Assembly (NCBI GenBank): GCA_007135935.1
Contig: SLIA01000021.1
Coordinates: 1-51,099, forward strand
Length of the DNA stretch: 51,099 bases
Origin: Wenzhouxiangella sp.
Lineage (GTDB): Bacteria; Pseudomonadota; Gammaproteobacteria; Xanthomonadales; Wenzhouxiangellaceae
Reading direction: 5' to 3'
Below are positions 26,271 through 36,005 of the stretch, in pieces. The notes under the pieces were generated by a model, which was not told where the DNA came from, ran no database searches, and saw only the letters and a list, made by a program, of their open reading frames with translations. Numbering within the stretch: the first letter of the stretch is position 1; every line of letters begins with the position of its first letter. A program made the translations under genes and the position numbers.

Positions 26271-27035
26271 TCAGGCGAACTCGGCCACGGCCGGGGCGTG
26301 GTCGGAGGGGCGCTCTAGCCTGCGCGGTTCCTTGTCGATGTAACTGGTGGTGCAGGCGTCCTTGAGCGCATCGGAGCATAGCACCAGGTCGATTCTCAGG
26401 CCCATGCCGCGGCGGAAGGCGGCGGCGCGGTAGTCCCACCAGGAAAATACGCTCTCGGGCTGGTCGAACAGGCGGAAGCTGTCGTGCAGGCCGAGGTCGA
26501 GCATGGCCTTGAGCGCCTCGCGCTCGGGGGTGGAGCACAGGATCTTCTCGTGCCAGGCTTCGGGGTCGTAGACATCGCGGTCGTCGGGGGCAATGTTGAA
26601 GTCGCCCATGACCACGGTCTTCGGGTGGCGCGTGAGTTCGTCGGCCACCCATTTCGTCACCTCATTCAGCCAGGCCATTTTGTAGTCGTACTTGTCCGAG
26701 CCGACTTCCTTGCCGTTGACGACGTAGAGATTGATAACCCGCACATCGTCGACCGTGGCAGCGATGACACGCTTTTGCTCGTCCGGGAAGTCCGGGATCT
26801 CGGTGCGCACATCGAGCAACTCGTGTCGGCTGATCAGGGCCACCCCGTTGTAGGTCGGCTGCCCGGCGAAGGCGATGTGGTAGCCCAGCTCGGCAAAGGC
26901 GTCGACCGGGAACTTGTCGTCGGTGAGCTTGGTTTCCTGCAGGCCCAGTACATCGGGGCGCTGGTGATCGAGCCACTCCAGCACTTGCTCCAGCCTGACT
27001 TTGAGGGAATTGACGTTCCAGCTTGCAATCTTCAT
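26271..27035 (-). CDS. xthA: Exodeoxyribonuclease III
   Basis: MKIASWNVNS, LGLQETK, YNGVA, GDFNIAP, FSWWDYR, GLRIDLVL, SDHAP. Confidence 0.96.
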   Translation of the reverse strand: MKIASWNVNSLKVRLEQVLEWLDHQRPDVLGLQETKLTDDKFPVDAFAELGYHIAFAGQPTYNGVALISRHELLDVRTEIPDFPDEQKRVIAATVDDVRVINLYVVNGKEVGSDKYDYKMAWLNEVTKWVADELTRHPKTVVMGDFNIAPDDRDVYDPEAWHEKILCSTPEREALKAMLDLGLHDSFRLFDQPESVFSWWDYRAAAFRRGMGLRIDLVLCSDALKDACTTSYIDKEPRRLERPSDHAPAVAEFA

Positions 27036-27084
27036 GACCGCGCATTCTACACAAGCGGGGCTGCGGGCGGTTGCAGTTTCAGGT

Positions 27085-27126
27085 TTGATCGGCGTCAAGT
27101 CCTGCATCGTCAGATGCGCCTAGACT
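27085..27126 (+). promoter_or_regulatory. FNR/ANR/DNR-type box with class II promoter geometry upstream of the hemerythrins
   Basis: TTGAT-CGGC-GTCAA (27085-27098, 9/10 match to TTGAT-N4-ATCAA); TAGACT at 27121-27126 falls at -12..-7 if the box is centred at -41.5. Confidence 0.75.
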
Positions 27127-27184
27127 TCGGCGTTGATTCGCCGAGTGCTATCGGCGAGCTCGAACCGATCCCAATGGAGTAACC

Positions 27185-27607
27185 ATGACAGCCATCGAGT
27201 GGAACAGCGAATTCGAAACCGGAGTCCGGGAAATCGATGACCAGCACCGACGACTGGTGGGTTACGTCAACGAGCTCAACGAGGTGGTCGACCAGCCTCA
27301 TCCCGATCGCGAGGTCGTCGCCGATGTGCTCGAACAGGTGATCGACTATACGCTTTATCACTTCGCCTTCGAGGAAGAGTTGCTGGAAGCAACCGATTAC
27401 CACCTGCTCGATGCCCACAAGGAAGTCCACAGGAAATTCACCGAGCGCATGCGCGATCTCAGGCGTCGATTCCGAGCCGGCGAGATGTGCGTGCATGAAC
27501 TCAACGACACCCTGACCCGCTGGCTGTTCGACCACATTCGTCACGCCGACACGGCAGCCATCAGCACCGAATCGATTCAAGGAGGGAATACCGCATGTCG
27601 TACCTGA
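27185..27607 (+). CDS. Bacteriohemerythrin (copy 1)
   Basis: [32 protein letters not shown]: complete di-iron ligand set. Confidence 0.93.
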   Translation: MTAIEWNSEFETGVREIDDQHRRLVGYVNELNEVVDQPHPDREVVADVLEQVIDYTLYHFAFEEELLEATDYHLLDAHKEVHRKFTERMRDLRRRFRAGEMCVHELNDTLTRWLFDHIRHADTAAISTESIQGGNTACRT

Positions 27608-28053
27608 AGTGGTCCGATGATCTCAATACCGGCATTGATGTGATCGACGGGCAGCATCGTCAGATCGTCGATTACATCAACCAATTGCATGATGCCAATG
27701 AAACCGGAGACCGTGACCAGGTTGGCGAGGTGATCGATGCGTTGGTCGATTACACGATGTCGCACTTCTCGTTTGAAGAGGAGCTGATGGAGCAGGCCGG
27801 ATATCCGTTCGCACGTCCGCACAAGCGCGTGCACGAAGTGTTCGCCAAGCGGGTCGGCGAGTACCAGCTGCGTTTCCAGGCCGGCGAGGATGTCTCGGCG
27901 GATCTGCACGCCATGCTCAAGCGCTGGCTGGTCGGCCACATCAAGAACGACGATGCGGCCTATGCCGAGGCCGTGCGGGCACATGCCCGCGCATCGGGTC
28001 CGAACAAGGACGGTTGGCTGTCGCGCACGCTCAAGCGCCTGCGGGCCGCCTGA
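27595..28053 (+). CDS. Bacteriohemerythrin (copy 2), Mhr-like with amphipathic C-terminal tail
   Basis: [33 protein letters not shown]; tail [10 protein letters not shown]; SD GGAGGG lies inside copy 1. Confidence 0.94.
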   Translation: MSYLKWSDDLNTGIDVIDGQHRQIVDYINQLHDANETGDRDQVGEVIDALVDYTMSHFSFEEELMEQAGYPFARPHKRVHEVFAKRVGEYQLRFQAGEDVSADLHAMLKRWLVGHIKNDDAAYAEAVRAHARASGPNKDGWLSRTLKRLRAA

Positions 28054-28079
28054 TCCCGCCAGGGCCGGTTGCAGGGGGG

Positions 28080-30515
28080 TCAGTCGGTGGCGTTGCCATT
28101 GATGGCGGCGACCACTCCCGCAATATCCTCAGCCGGCACCGGTTTTCCGAACAGGTAGCCCTGGGCGTTGTCGCACCCGATTTCGCACAGCATCCGACGT
28201 TGTTCGCTGGTTTCCACACCCTCTGCCAGCGTGCGAAAGCCCAGCGCCCGGCCCAGCGTGACGATGGCCCGGCAGATGGCCGCCTCCCGCTCGTCAACAG
28301 TGAGGTTGCGAGTAAAGGCCTGATCGATCTTGAGGGTATCGAAGGGCAGTTCCTTGAGATAGGACAGCGAGGAGTAGCCGGTGCCGAAATCGTCCATGGC
28401 CAGCCGAATGCCCAGCGCCCGTAACTGATCGAGGAGATCGGTGGCAGCCTCGCGGCTGTCCATGACGAATGTCTCGGTCAGCTCCAGCTCGAGGCAATCG
28501 GCGGGCAGTCCGCTGTCGGCGAGGATGCCGGAAACGGTGTCGACCAGGTTGCTGCGCAGCACCTGGACCCCGGATACATTGACTGACAGCATGCCGAACG
28601 GCACTGCCTGGTCCAGCCAGGCCCGCGCCTGCCGGCAGGCCATGGCCAGCACCTTTTCGCCAAGCGCGATGATCAGGCCGGTGTCTTCGGCAATGGGAAT
28701 GAAGCGGTCGGGGGAGGCCAGGCCCTCTTCGGGGTGATGCCAGCGGACCAGGGCTTCCAGTCCGGTGACCCGCCCGGTCGCCAGCTCGACCTGGGGCTGG
28801 TAGTGCAGGATCAGTTCATTGGCGTCGATGGCCTGGCGCAGGCGCGCGGCCAACAGCACCCGGTCACGGGCGTAGCTACTCAGGGCCCCGGTATAGGCGT
28901 GCAGGGTGTTGCCCCCATCGGATTTGGCCTGGTGAACGGCGGTGTTGCAGTGCATCAGCATGGTCTCGACGTCGCAGTCGCTCGATGTGCAGTTGGCCAG
29001 GCCGACACTGGCAGTGACGAACAGCATGCGTCCTTCGACCTGCATGGGGCGTGACATGGTCTTGACGATTTCCCTGGCCAGCATGGCACCGCGCTGTTCG
29101 CCTTGCAGCAGTACCGCAAACTCGTCGGCGCCGATGCGGGCCAGTATCTGTTCGGGGGCGAGCAGCCGCCGCAGGCGATCTGCCGTCTTGAGCAAGACTT
29201 CGTCGCCGACATTGAGCCCCAGGCTTTCATTGATGTGCTTGAAACCATCGAGATCGACCTGCAGCATGCAAACCGCGCGTTCGCCCGCCCCGGCATGCAT
29301 CAGTGCCCGTTCCAGTCGTGCCCTGAACAGCGTCCGGTTGGGCAGGCCGGTGAGCAGGTCGTGGTAATAGAGGTGCTCGATGCGTTCTTCCGAACTTTTC
29401 AGTTCGGTCAGGTCGGTGACCACGGCCACGTAGTAACGTACCTTGCCGCCATCGCTGATGGCGTTGATGCGCGAGATCTGCGGATAGATGCTGCCATCCT
29501 TGCGCCGGTTCCAGAGCTCTCCCTGCCAGGCGCCCTTTTGCGCGAGTGAGCGCCACATGCGCTCGTAAAACTTGCGGTCCTGGCGTCCTGATTGCAGCAT
29601 CTTCGGGTTGCGCCCCAGAACCTCGGCCTCGCTGTAGCCGGTAATCTGGGTGAATGCGGGGTTGACCGCCAGAATGCACGGGCGGTTGTCGGTGATCATG
29701 ATGCCCTCGCCGGTACAGTTGAATACGGTATCGGAAAGGCGCAGGCGTTCCTGTGCCCGACGGCGCTCGGTGATATCCCGGGCGATGATCAGAACCGCGG
29801 AATCCTCATCGTATTCGATCGGCATGCAGGCGATTTCGACCGGCACCTGGTTGCCATCCAGGCGCTGGAATGCCATTTCCGTGGGCTCCTGTGCAGAGTT
29901 GGTGTTGAAGATCCTGCGTGCGCGTTCACGCTGGCGCTCCCGCCAGTCCGGATGCACTCGCTCGAGCATCGAGGTCCCGATCAGCTCGTCGGAACTGGCA
30001 GCGGCGAACAGGTCCAGGGCACAGTGATTGACGTAGAGGATCCGGCCTCTGGCCTGGATGATGATCGCACCGGGGGCATGTTCGACCAGGGTGCGAAAGC
30101 GATGTTCACTGCGATGCAAGGCATTTTCGGCCCTGACGCGGGCAGTGGCGTCGAGAACGATGGAGTACAGCAGCTCGCGTCCGTCAACCTCGACTGCACC
30201 ACTGAATACCTCGACATCGCAGACCGAGCCGTTGGCACGGCGGTGGCGGAAGCGGAAGTGATTGCGGTGAGCGCGGCGCGCGGCTTCCATCTCCTGCCGC
30301 ACCTGCTCGCGCGAGAGCGTGTTGATGCAGGAGATGTTCATCTGCCGAAGTTGTTCGCGCGTCCAGCCGTAGAAGGTTTCGGCTGCCGGGTTGGCATCGA
30401 TGATCCGGCCGTCGCCGGGATCGATCAGCAACATCACCGAATGACTGTTTTCAAACAGGGAGGGGCGCGCTCCCCTCTCTATGGGTCGCCGATTGGATGC
30501 CTTCGGGTCATTCAT
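28080..30515 (-). CDS. PAS-PAS-PAS-GGDEF-EAL c-di-GMP protein (GADEF variant)
   Basis: Three PAS/PAC units; HDLLTGLPNR, RIGADEF, GLEALVRW, LELELTE, DDFGTGYSS, AEGVET. Confidence 0.94.
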   Translation of the reverse strand: MNDPKASNRRPIERGARPSLFENSHSVMLLIDPGDGRIIDANPAAETFYGWTREQLRQMNISCINTLSREQVRQEMEAARRAHRNHFRFRHRRANGSVCDVEVFSGAVEVDGRELLYSIVLDATARVRAENALHRSEHRFRTLVEHAPGAIIIQARGRILYVNHCALDLFAAASSDELIGTSMLERVHPDWRERQRERARRIFNTNSAQEPTEMAFQRLDGNQVPVEIACMPIEYDEDSAVLIIARDITERRRAQERLRLSDTVFNCTGEGIMITDNRPCILAVNPAFTQITGYSEAEVLGRNPKMLQSGRQDRKFYERMWRSLAQKGAWQGELWNRRKDGSIYPQISRINAISDGGKVRYYVAVVTDLTELKSSEERIEHLYYHDLLTGLPNRTLFRARLERALMHAGAGERAVCMLQVDLDGFKHINESLGLNVGDEVLLKTADRLRRLLAPEQILARIGADEFAVLLQGEQRGAMLAREIVKTMSRPMQVEGRMLFVTASVGLANCTSSDCDVETMLMHCNTAVHQAKSDGGNTLHAYTGALSSYARDRVLLAARLRQAIDANELILHYQPQVELATGRVTGLEALVRWHHPEEGLASPDRFIPIAEDTGLIIALGEKVLAMACRQARAWLDQAVPFGMLSVNVSGVQVLRSNLVDTVSGILADSGLPADCLELELTETFVMDSREAATDLLDQLRALGIRLAMDDFGTGYSSLSYLKELPFDTLKIDQAFTRNLTVDEREAAICRAIVTLGRALGFRTLAEGVETSEQRRMLCEIGCDNAQGYLFGKPVPAEDIAGVVAAINGNATD

Positions 30516-30615
30516 GAGGTGTGACGGGTCTTTGAGCCCGGGGGTATTCGGCTCATTTTACGCCGAAGTCGACGGCAGGATACGAGCGGCCGGCACGGGC
30601 AGCGGGCCTGTCCGC

Positions 30616-32043
30616 TCAGTAGCCGATATCGAGGTAGGAGCGGGCGATCTTTTCGATGGCGATGACATAGGCGGCCATGCGGTAATCGTCGATTCGTTCG
30701 TGTTCGCGTCGTTTCTCGATGATGTCCTGCAGGGCCAGGCGCATGCTGTCGTCGAGGCCGGACCGGATCAGGTCGAATTCGTTGGCGCCGCGGGCGATTT
30801 TCTCACGCAGCCATTCCGGCACGGTAGTGTTGGTGGCCATTTCGATGGCAGTGATGATGTGTTGTCCCTGGGCTTCATGAAAACGCTTGTCGATGCGGCC
30901 GAAGCGGACATGGTTGAGATTGCGTATCCATTCGAAGTAGGAAACGATGACACCCCCGGCGTTGCAGTAGGCGTCGGGAATGATCTCCACACCGCGCTCG
31001 CGCAGCTTCGCGTCGGCCTTGAAGGTGATCGGGCCGTTGGCGGCTTCTGCGATCAGCGGGGCCTTGATCCGGTCGGCGTTCTCGGAAGTAATCACGCCTT
31101 CCAGTGCGGCGGGAATAAGAATGTCGCATTCAAGTTCCAGGGCTTCGTCCCCGTTGGCCTGAAAACTCGCCTCGGGATAGTCCCTGACGCCGCCGTGTTC
31201 GCGAATGTGACGATGAACGGATTCGACGTCCAGCCCGTCTGGATTGATGATCGCACCATCACGCTCGATGATGGCAACGATACGGCAGTCATCCTCGGTC
31301 TGCAGAAAATGGGCTGCGTGGTAACCGACGTTGCCCAGACCCTGCACGATGATGCGCTGACCAGCCAGGCTGCCTTCCAGTCCGGTCCGCTTGACCTCGT
31401 CGCCGTGGCGGAAGAACTCGCGCAACGCGTACTGCACGCCGCGACCGGTCGCCTCGGTGCGGCCGCGAATGCCGCCGTGTTCGACCGGCTTGCCGGTGAC
31501 CGAGCCCAGGTAATTGATGTCATCCGGAAACAGCTGGCGATAGGTGTCGACCATCCAGCCCATTTCGCGTGCACCGGTTCCCATGTCGGGCGCCGGCACG
31601 TTCTTGGCCGGGCTCAGGTAGCCCTTGCCGATCAGCTCACGGGCAAAACGACGGGTAATGGCCTCGATCTGGTGGCGTTCGTACTTGGCGGGGTCGATGA
31701 CCAGCCCGCCCTTGGAGCCGCCGAAGGGGACGTCGACGATGGCACATTTGTAGGTCATCAGCGCGGCCAGCGCCTCGACTTCGTCCTGGTCGACAATGGG
31801 TGCGTAGCGGATGCCGCCCTTGGACGGCAGGCGATGGGCGCTGTGGGTGGCGCGCCAGCCGGTGAAGATTTCGGCACGCCCGTTGATTTCAATCGGAAAG
31901 GACACCTGGATAACGCTCTGGCAGGTCTTGAGTGCTTCGCCAAGGCCATCGTCCAGTTCCATGATCTCGATGGCGTGGTCGACCATGTGTTCGACACTTT
32001 GACGGAAACTCATGCCTTCCTGGGCAAACTTGGTGTCGCTCAT
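30616..32043 (-). CDS. gdh: Glu/Leu/Phe/Val dehydrogenase, most likely glutamate dehydrogenase
   Basis: KGGIRY, MTYKCA, PFGGSKGG, VPAPDMGT, EATGRG, QGLGNVG, EAANGP, NAGGVIVSYFEW. Confidence 0.93.
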   Translation of the reverse strand: MSDTKFAQEGMSFRQSVEHMVDHAIEIMELDDGLGEALKTCQSVIQVSFPIEINGRAEIFTGWRATHSAHRLPSKGGIRYAPIVDQDEVEALAALMTYKCAIVDVPFGGSKGGLVIDPAKYERHQIEAITRRFARELIGKGYLSPAKNVPAPDMGTGAREMGWMVDTYRQLFPDDINYLGSVTGKPVEHGGIRGRTEATGRGVQYALREFFRHGDEVKRTGLEGSLAGQRIIVQGLGNVGYHAAHFLQTEDDCRIVAIIERDGAIINPDGLDVESVHRHIREHGGVRDYPEASFQANGDEALELECDILIPAALEGVITSENADRIKAPLIAEAANGPITFKADAKLRERGVEIIPDAYCNAGGVIVSYFEWIRNLNHVRFGRIDKRFHEAQGQHIITAIEMATNTTVPEWLREKIARGANEFDLIRSGLDDSMRLALQDIIEKRREHERIDDYRMAAYVIAIEKIARSYLDIGY

Positions 32044-32292
32044 TGCACATCGCTGCGGTTTGCGGTTCCAAGACGGTAACCGTGTGCGGACTGGTCGGTC
32101 AAATGGACGTGCGCTGCCAGTCCGGTGTTTGCAGCCGGAAGTGGGCCAGTTCACTCGCTCCGGCGATTGGGGTGCTGCCAAGCCGCCGCTTGACATGCTG
32201 CGGCCGCCGCTGTGCTAAAGTCCAAGGCCGACATATTCTGATAGTCTACAGCGGTCGATCAGTCCCATGAGACGAGGCAGGGGAGGGCGTCG

Positions 32293-34080
32293 ATGAACAG
32301 GGCCGGGCCTGCCGGGGGACGGATGATCCGGATGGCCTTTCAATCATTGAGCATCGTGCTGGTTCTGATGTCGTTCAGCGCCCTGGCCGATGAGACCGCC
32401 CGAGTCCTCGAGGAAATCCGGGAGGTCAGCTATACGCGCCACTGGCAGGAGGCGCAGGCCATGCTCGACGAGCTTGCCGGCGAGGTTGCCGGCTTTCCGC
32501 TTCGCCAACAGGTCGAGTTCCACCTGCTCGAGGCGCGCCACCTGAGCCTGGATGATCGCAATCACCAGGCGCTGGCGCGGGTCGACGAAGTGCTCGCGCT
32601 TCCGATCGACGATGACCAGCGCCTGCGTACCCTGCAGTTAGCCGCCAACGTGGCCGTGTTGCTGCGCTCATACGAGGCAGCCTTCGAGTACCTTCTCGAT
32701 GCGCTGACAGTGAAAGAGGATGTACAGGACCCGGAAGCCGTAATCGGTACCTTCAATATGGCCGGTTACATGTTCGGCCGGGTCGGTGAACACGACCGGG
32801 CGGCCAGCTACGGCGAACGTGCCGTAGAGATGACGCTGGAGCTGGGCGATCTCAATCGCGAGTGCGTGGCCCGGCAGCGCCTGGCGCCAATCTACAAGTG
32901 GGCCGGCCGGGCCGAGCGCTCGGAAAGCGAGTACCGACGGGCCATCGAACGCTGTGGGCAGGTCGGCAATAGTCTGTTTGTCGGCGTGCTCAAGCATGGG
33001 CTGGCCGATCAGCTGCGCAAGCTCGGTCGTTTCGAGGAAGCCCGTGATTTGGTCGGGGAGTCGATCAGGCTGCTCGAGGAATCCGTGTTCCCGCTGGGTG
33101 AGTACGAGGCGCGACTGGTGCAAGCCGAAGTGCTGCATGACCTTGGTGACGAGGAAGCCTGGGCTGCGCAGGATCTGAACGACCTTCTGGACTATTTCCG
33201 AGAACGTGACCTCTGGGACCAGATCGCCCGGCTGGAGGCCCTGTTGTCTGCCCGGGCCGAGGCTGCGGGATATCCGCAGCAGGCGCTGGAGCACCTGCAA
33301 CGGCATCTGCAGGCGCGGGAGCGTTTTCTCGGCCGGGATCGAACCATGCTGCTGGCCTACCTGGAAGTCGAGTTCGACACGCGTCTGAAGGATCAGCAGA
33401 TCGAGCTGCTGGCCGAATCGGCGCGGGTGGCACGGGTGGAGCAGCAGGCGGCCGAGCAGCAGCGGCGCGCCCGCACCGCGATCCTGCTGTTGTCGGCTGC
33501 GCTGCTGATCCTGCTGCTCATCATGCTTTTGGGTGCCCTGCGTGGACGGCGTCATTTTCGCTACCTGTCGCGCCACGACCCGCTCAGCGGCCTGGCCAAC
33601 CAGGGCTGGTTCCTGCAACGTGCCGAAGCCGTGCTCGACAAGGCCCGCCAGCAGGGCGGCGGGGTCTGCCTGGTCATGGCCGACATCGATCACTTCAAAC
33701 GCATCAACGACCGCTACGGTCACCTGGTCGGCGACGGCGTGATCGGCCAGGCGGCGCGGCGCCTGCGGGAATCCTTTGGTGACGAAGCATTGATCGGACG
33801 GGTCGGCGGCGAGGAATTCGGCATCCTGATGCCGACCGAGGCGATGGACGATGTCCTGCGCGGCATAGAACGGTTTCAGCAGGGCGGACGGCCATCGGGA
33901 CGGGCCACCGACCCGCACTTCACACTCAGCTTCGGCGTGGCCTGCCTGCAGAAAGGGGATTCTCTGTCGCAGCTTCGCACCCGCGCCGATCAGGCCCTCT
34001 ACGAGGCCAAACGTACCGGACGCGACCGGTATGTGATCGACAGCCAGAAAGCGGCCGGTGCCGGACCCGCGCCGGTGTGA
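32293..34080 (+). CDS. Membrane-anchored diguanylate cyclase with periplasmic TPR-like helical sensor
   Basis: Signal-like N-terminus, long helical-repeat region, TM segment, HDPLSGLAN, DIDHFKRINDRYGH..GD, GGEEF. Confidence 0.9.
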   Translation: MNRAGPAGGRMIRMAFQSLSIVLVLMSFSALADETARVLEEIREVSYTRHWQEAQAMLDELAGEVAGFPLRQQVEFHLLEARHLSLDDRNHQALARVDEVLALPIDDDQRLRTLQLAANVAVLLRSYEAAFEYLLDALTVKEDVQDPEAVIGTFNMAGYMFGRVGEHDRAASYGERAVEMTLELGDLNRECVARQRLAPIYKWAGRAERSESEYRRAIERCGQVGNSLFVGVLKHGLADQLRKLGRFEEARDLVGESIRLLEESVFPLGEYEARLVQAEVLHDLGDEEAWAAQDLNDLLDYFRERDLWDQIARLEALLSARAEAAGYPQQALEHLQRHLQARERFLGRDRTMLLAYLEVEFDTRLKDQQIELLAESARVARVEQQAAEQQRRARTAILLLSAALLILLLIMLLGALRGRRHFRYLSRHDPLSGLANQGWFLQRAEAVLDKARQQGGGVCLVMADIDHFKRINDRYGHLVGDGVIGQAARRLRESFGDEALIGRVGGEEFGILMPTEAMDDVLRGIERFQQGGRPSGRATDPHFTLSFGVACLQKGDSLSQLRTRADQALYEAKRTGRDRYVIDSQKAAGAGPAPV

Positions 34081-34084
34081 GCCT

Positions 34085-34420
34085 TCACTCTTCCTCGTCC
34101 CAGCCGTAATCGAAGGTGATTTCCTCATCGGCGGCGATGTCGCGGGTGGCGTACAGGTCGTTACCCCACCAGTCGGCGTTGGGCTCGGATGAGTGGTTGA
34201 GAAAGCGCATTTCGTTGTTGCCGTCGATGCCCTCCCAGTTCTCGATCTCCTCGTTCCACAGCCAGAGCACGTGCATGCCGTCCTCATCGGTGGCCGGGCC
34301 TTCGTAGGTGCCGATGTATTCGTCGCGCTCGATGTCGTGACGCGCGAACAGGCCGCGGCCGTGAATGGAGGAGTCGGACACGTAGGCCCGGGGATTGTCG
34401 TCGTATCGCTTCTTGTTCAT
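34085..34420 (-). CDS. Minimal SET-domain protein-lysine methyltransferase
   Basis: SSIHGRGLFA, YEG, RFLNHSSEPN, EEITFDYG motifs; no post-SET cysteines. Confidence 0.9.
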   Translation of the reverse strand: MNKKRYDDNPRAYVSDSSIHGRGLFARHDIERDEYIGTYEGPATDEDGMHVLWLWNEEIENWEGIDGNNEMRFLNHSSEPNADWWGNDLYATRDIAADEEITFDYGWDEEE

Positions 34421-35511
34421 GGGCAGGCTGCCGGGGCAAGTTTCCTGGTGTCGGGGTCGGTGTTGATGGTGTCGCAGCGAATGACCGGAGCGGACCGGCG
34501 GCCAGTCAGTTGATGCTCGATACGGCCAGTGGCCCGGGGGTGCAGCGGGTAGAGATGCATCATTCGCCCATCTTCGACAACGGTCCAGGCCACCAGGCCG
34601 ATGTCGGGGTGCTGGTGCACGGTCAGGCTGTCGGGACGGTCGGTCTTGCCGGTCGTTTCGATCATCATCTGCCCGGTGGCATCAAAGGTCAGCGGTGCGT
34701 CTGCCCGTGCCTGCCAGCTCACGCCGTGAGCGTCGAGCAGGGCGGCCAGGGTGCGAAATGCACGGGTCCACAAGACGTAATCGATCTCCCGGTCGACGGC
34801 CTGATCATGGCCGAGGAACTGAATGTCGATGCGTTGTTCCTCGGCCTGCCAGCGCGCCGTCAGTTGTGCGGGCAGTTCGAAATCGTGATCGGCATGTCCG
34901 GCCAGCAGGAGCTGTTCGATCACCGGCCAGAAGCCGCCCAGGCCGGCTGAGTCGAGTTGTACGTGTTGCAGTGCAATCAGGTCGTTGGCCGTGAGCAACT
35001 GGCCATGGACCGAGTCCATGCCGGCATGCTCGTGCAGCAGCGCCCGGGCCGGCGGGTCGATCGAGCCGCTTTCGAAAAGTTCTCTTTCCAGGGTCGACTC
35101 GATGGATTCGGCGGTCTCCAGCGGACAGGTGAGCAGCAGCGGCAGGACGATGAACCGGCCCAGCGGCGACGAGTCCGGCGGCTGCAGCGCGGCATGCGGC
35201 ATGCGCGCATTGCGAGCACCGAAGGCCATGACCTGAGGACGAAACCCCGACTGCCGCAACAGATTGGCGACCAGTTCTTCCATTCCCTGCCAGGCCGGCA
35301 GGCCAGGACGCAGCAGTTCGTTGGGTTCGAACAGGCCGGCGGTGACCGTCAGCAGGGTCTGGTCGGCCTCGGGCAGCACGCGCGCCAGGTCGGCGGACAG
35401 GTGCCCGGCCAGTTCGCTGGCGCGGTCGCGATCGAGGGCGCGCCCTGTCAGGGCAGCAGATTCGATTTCCAGCCCGACCGCCAGGCGGATATGATGCAGT
35501 GTCTGATTCAT
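34417..35511 (-). CDS. Hypothetical protein, translationally coupled to the SET gene
   Basis: Protein-like ORF filling the gap; ATGA overlap with SET start; start codon uncertain. Confidence 0.7.
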   Translation of the reverse strand: MNQTLHHIRLAVGLEIESAALTGRALDRDRASELAGHLSADLARVLPEADQTLLTVTAGLFEPNELLRPGLPAWQGMEELVANLLRQSGFRPQVMAFGARNARMPHAALQPPDSSPLGRFIVLPLLLTCPLETAESIESTLERELFESGSIDPPARALLHEHAGMDSVHGQLLTANDLIALQHVQLDSAGLGGFWPVIEQLLLAGHADHDFELPAQLTARWQAEEQRIDIQFLGHDQAVDREIDYVLWTRAFRTLAALLDAHGVSWQARADAPLTFDATGQMMIETTGKTDRPDSLTVHQHPDIGLVAWTVVEDGRMMHLYPLHPRATGRIEHQLTGRRSAPVIRCDTINTDPDTRKLAPAACP

Positions 35512-35531
35512 CTGGGAACGGAGTTGCCGGC

Positions 35532-36005
35532 TTGACTGTTCATGATGTGTGCTGGCGCGTGCAGCGCTTTGACGAAATCCCGTCGCGTCATTTCTATGCC
35601 ATTCTGGCCGCCCGGGTGGCGGTGTTCGTGGTCGAGCAGGATTGCCCTTACCAGGATGTCGATGGGCAGGATTTCGAAGCCTTGCACGTGACGGCCTGGG
35701 GGAGCGACGACAGCGTACTCGCCTATGCCCGCATCCTGCCACCGGGAACCCGCTTTGCCGAGCCCTCCATCGGACGCGTATTGACGACCGAAGCCGCGCG
35801 CGGCACCGGGCTGGGACGAGCGCTGATGGAACAATGCCTGGCCGTCACCGAACAACGGTTTCCCGGCCAGGCACTTCGCATTTCGGCACAGCAGTATCTG
35901 GAAGCATTCTATTGCAGTCTCGGGTTCGAGACCGTGCACGGCCCGTATCCCGAGGACGGGATACCGCACCTCGAGATGCTCAGGCAGGCCGTTTCAAAAC
36001 AGTGA
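35532..36005 (+). CDS. elaA: ElaA-family GNAT acetyltransferase
   Basis: RVAVFVVEQDCPYQDVDGQD, SIGRVLT...ARGTGLG, ISAQQYLEAFY.SLGF, EDGIPH; TTG start with GGAG SD. Confidence 0.9.
   Translation: MTVHDVCWRVQRFDEIPSRHFYAILAARVAVFVVEQDCPYQDVDGQDFEALHVTAWGSDDSVLAYARILPPGTRFAEPSIGRVLTTEAARGTGLGRALMEQCLAVTEQRFPGQALRISAQQYLEAFYCSLGFETVHGPYPEDGIPHLEMLRQAVSKQ

Noticed and set aside
30533-30559. TGAGCC...GGCTCA hairpin followed by TTTT
   Set aside because: Terminator orientation is plus strand but both flanking genes are minus strand; the T-run is better explained as a minus-strand TAAAAT -10
32044-32292. Possible riboswitch or sRNA in the gdh/DGC intergenic region (CGGACTGG...CCAGTCCG inverted repeat; TTGACA at 32190)
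   Set aside because: No match to a riboswitch consensus I can recognise; TTGACA is 20 bp from the best -10; an Rfam/Infernal scan would be needed
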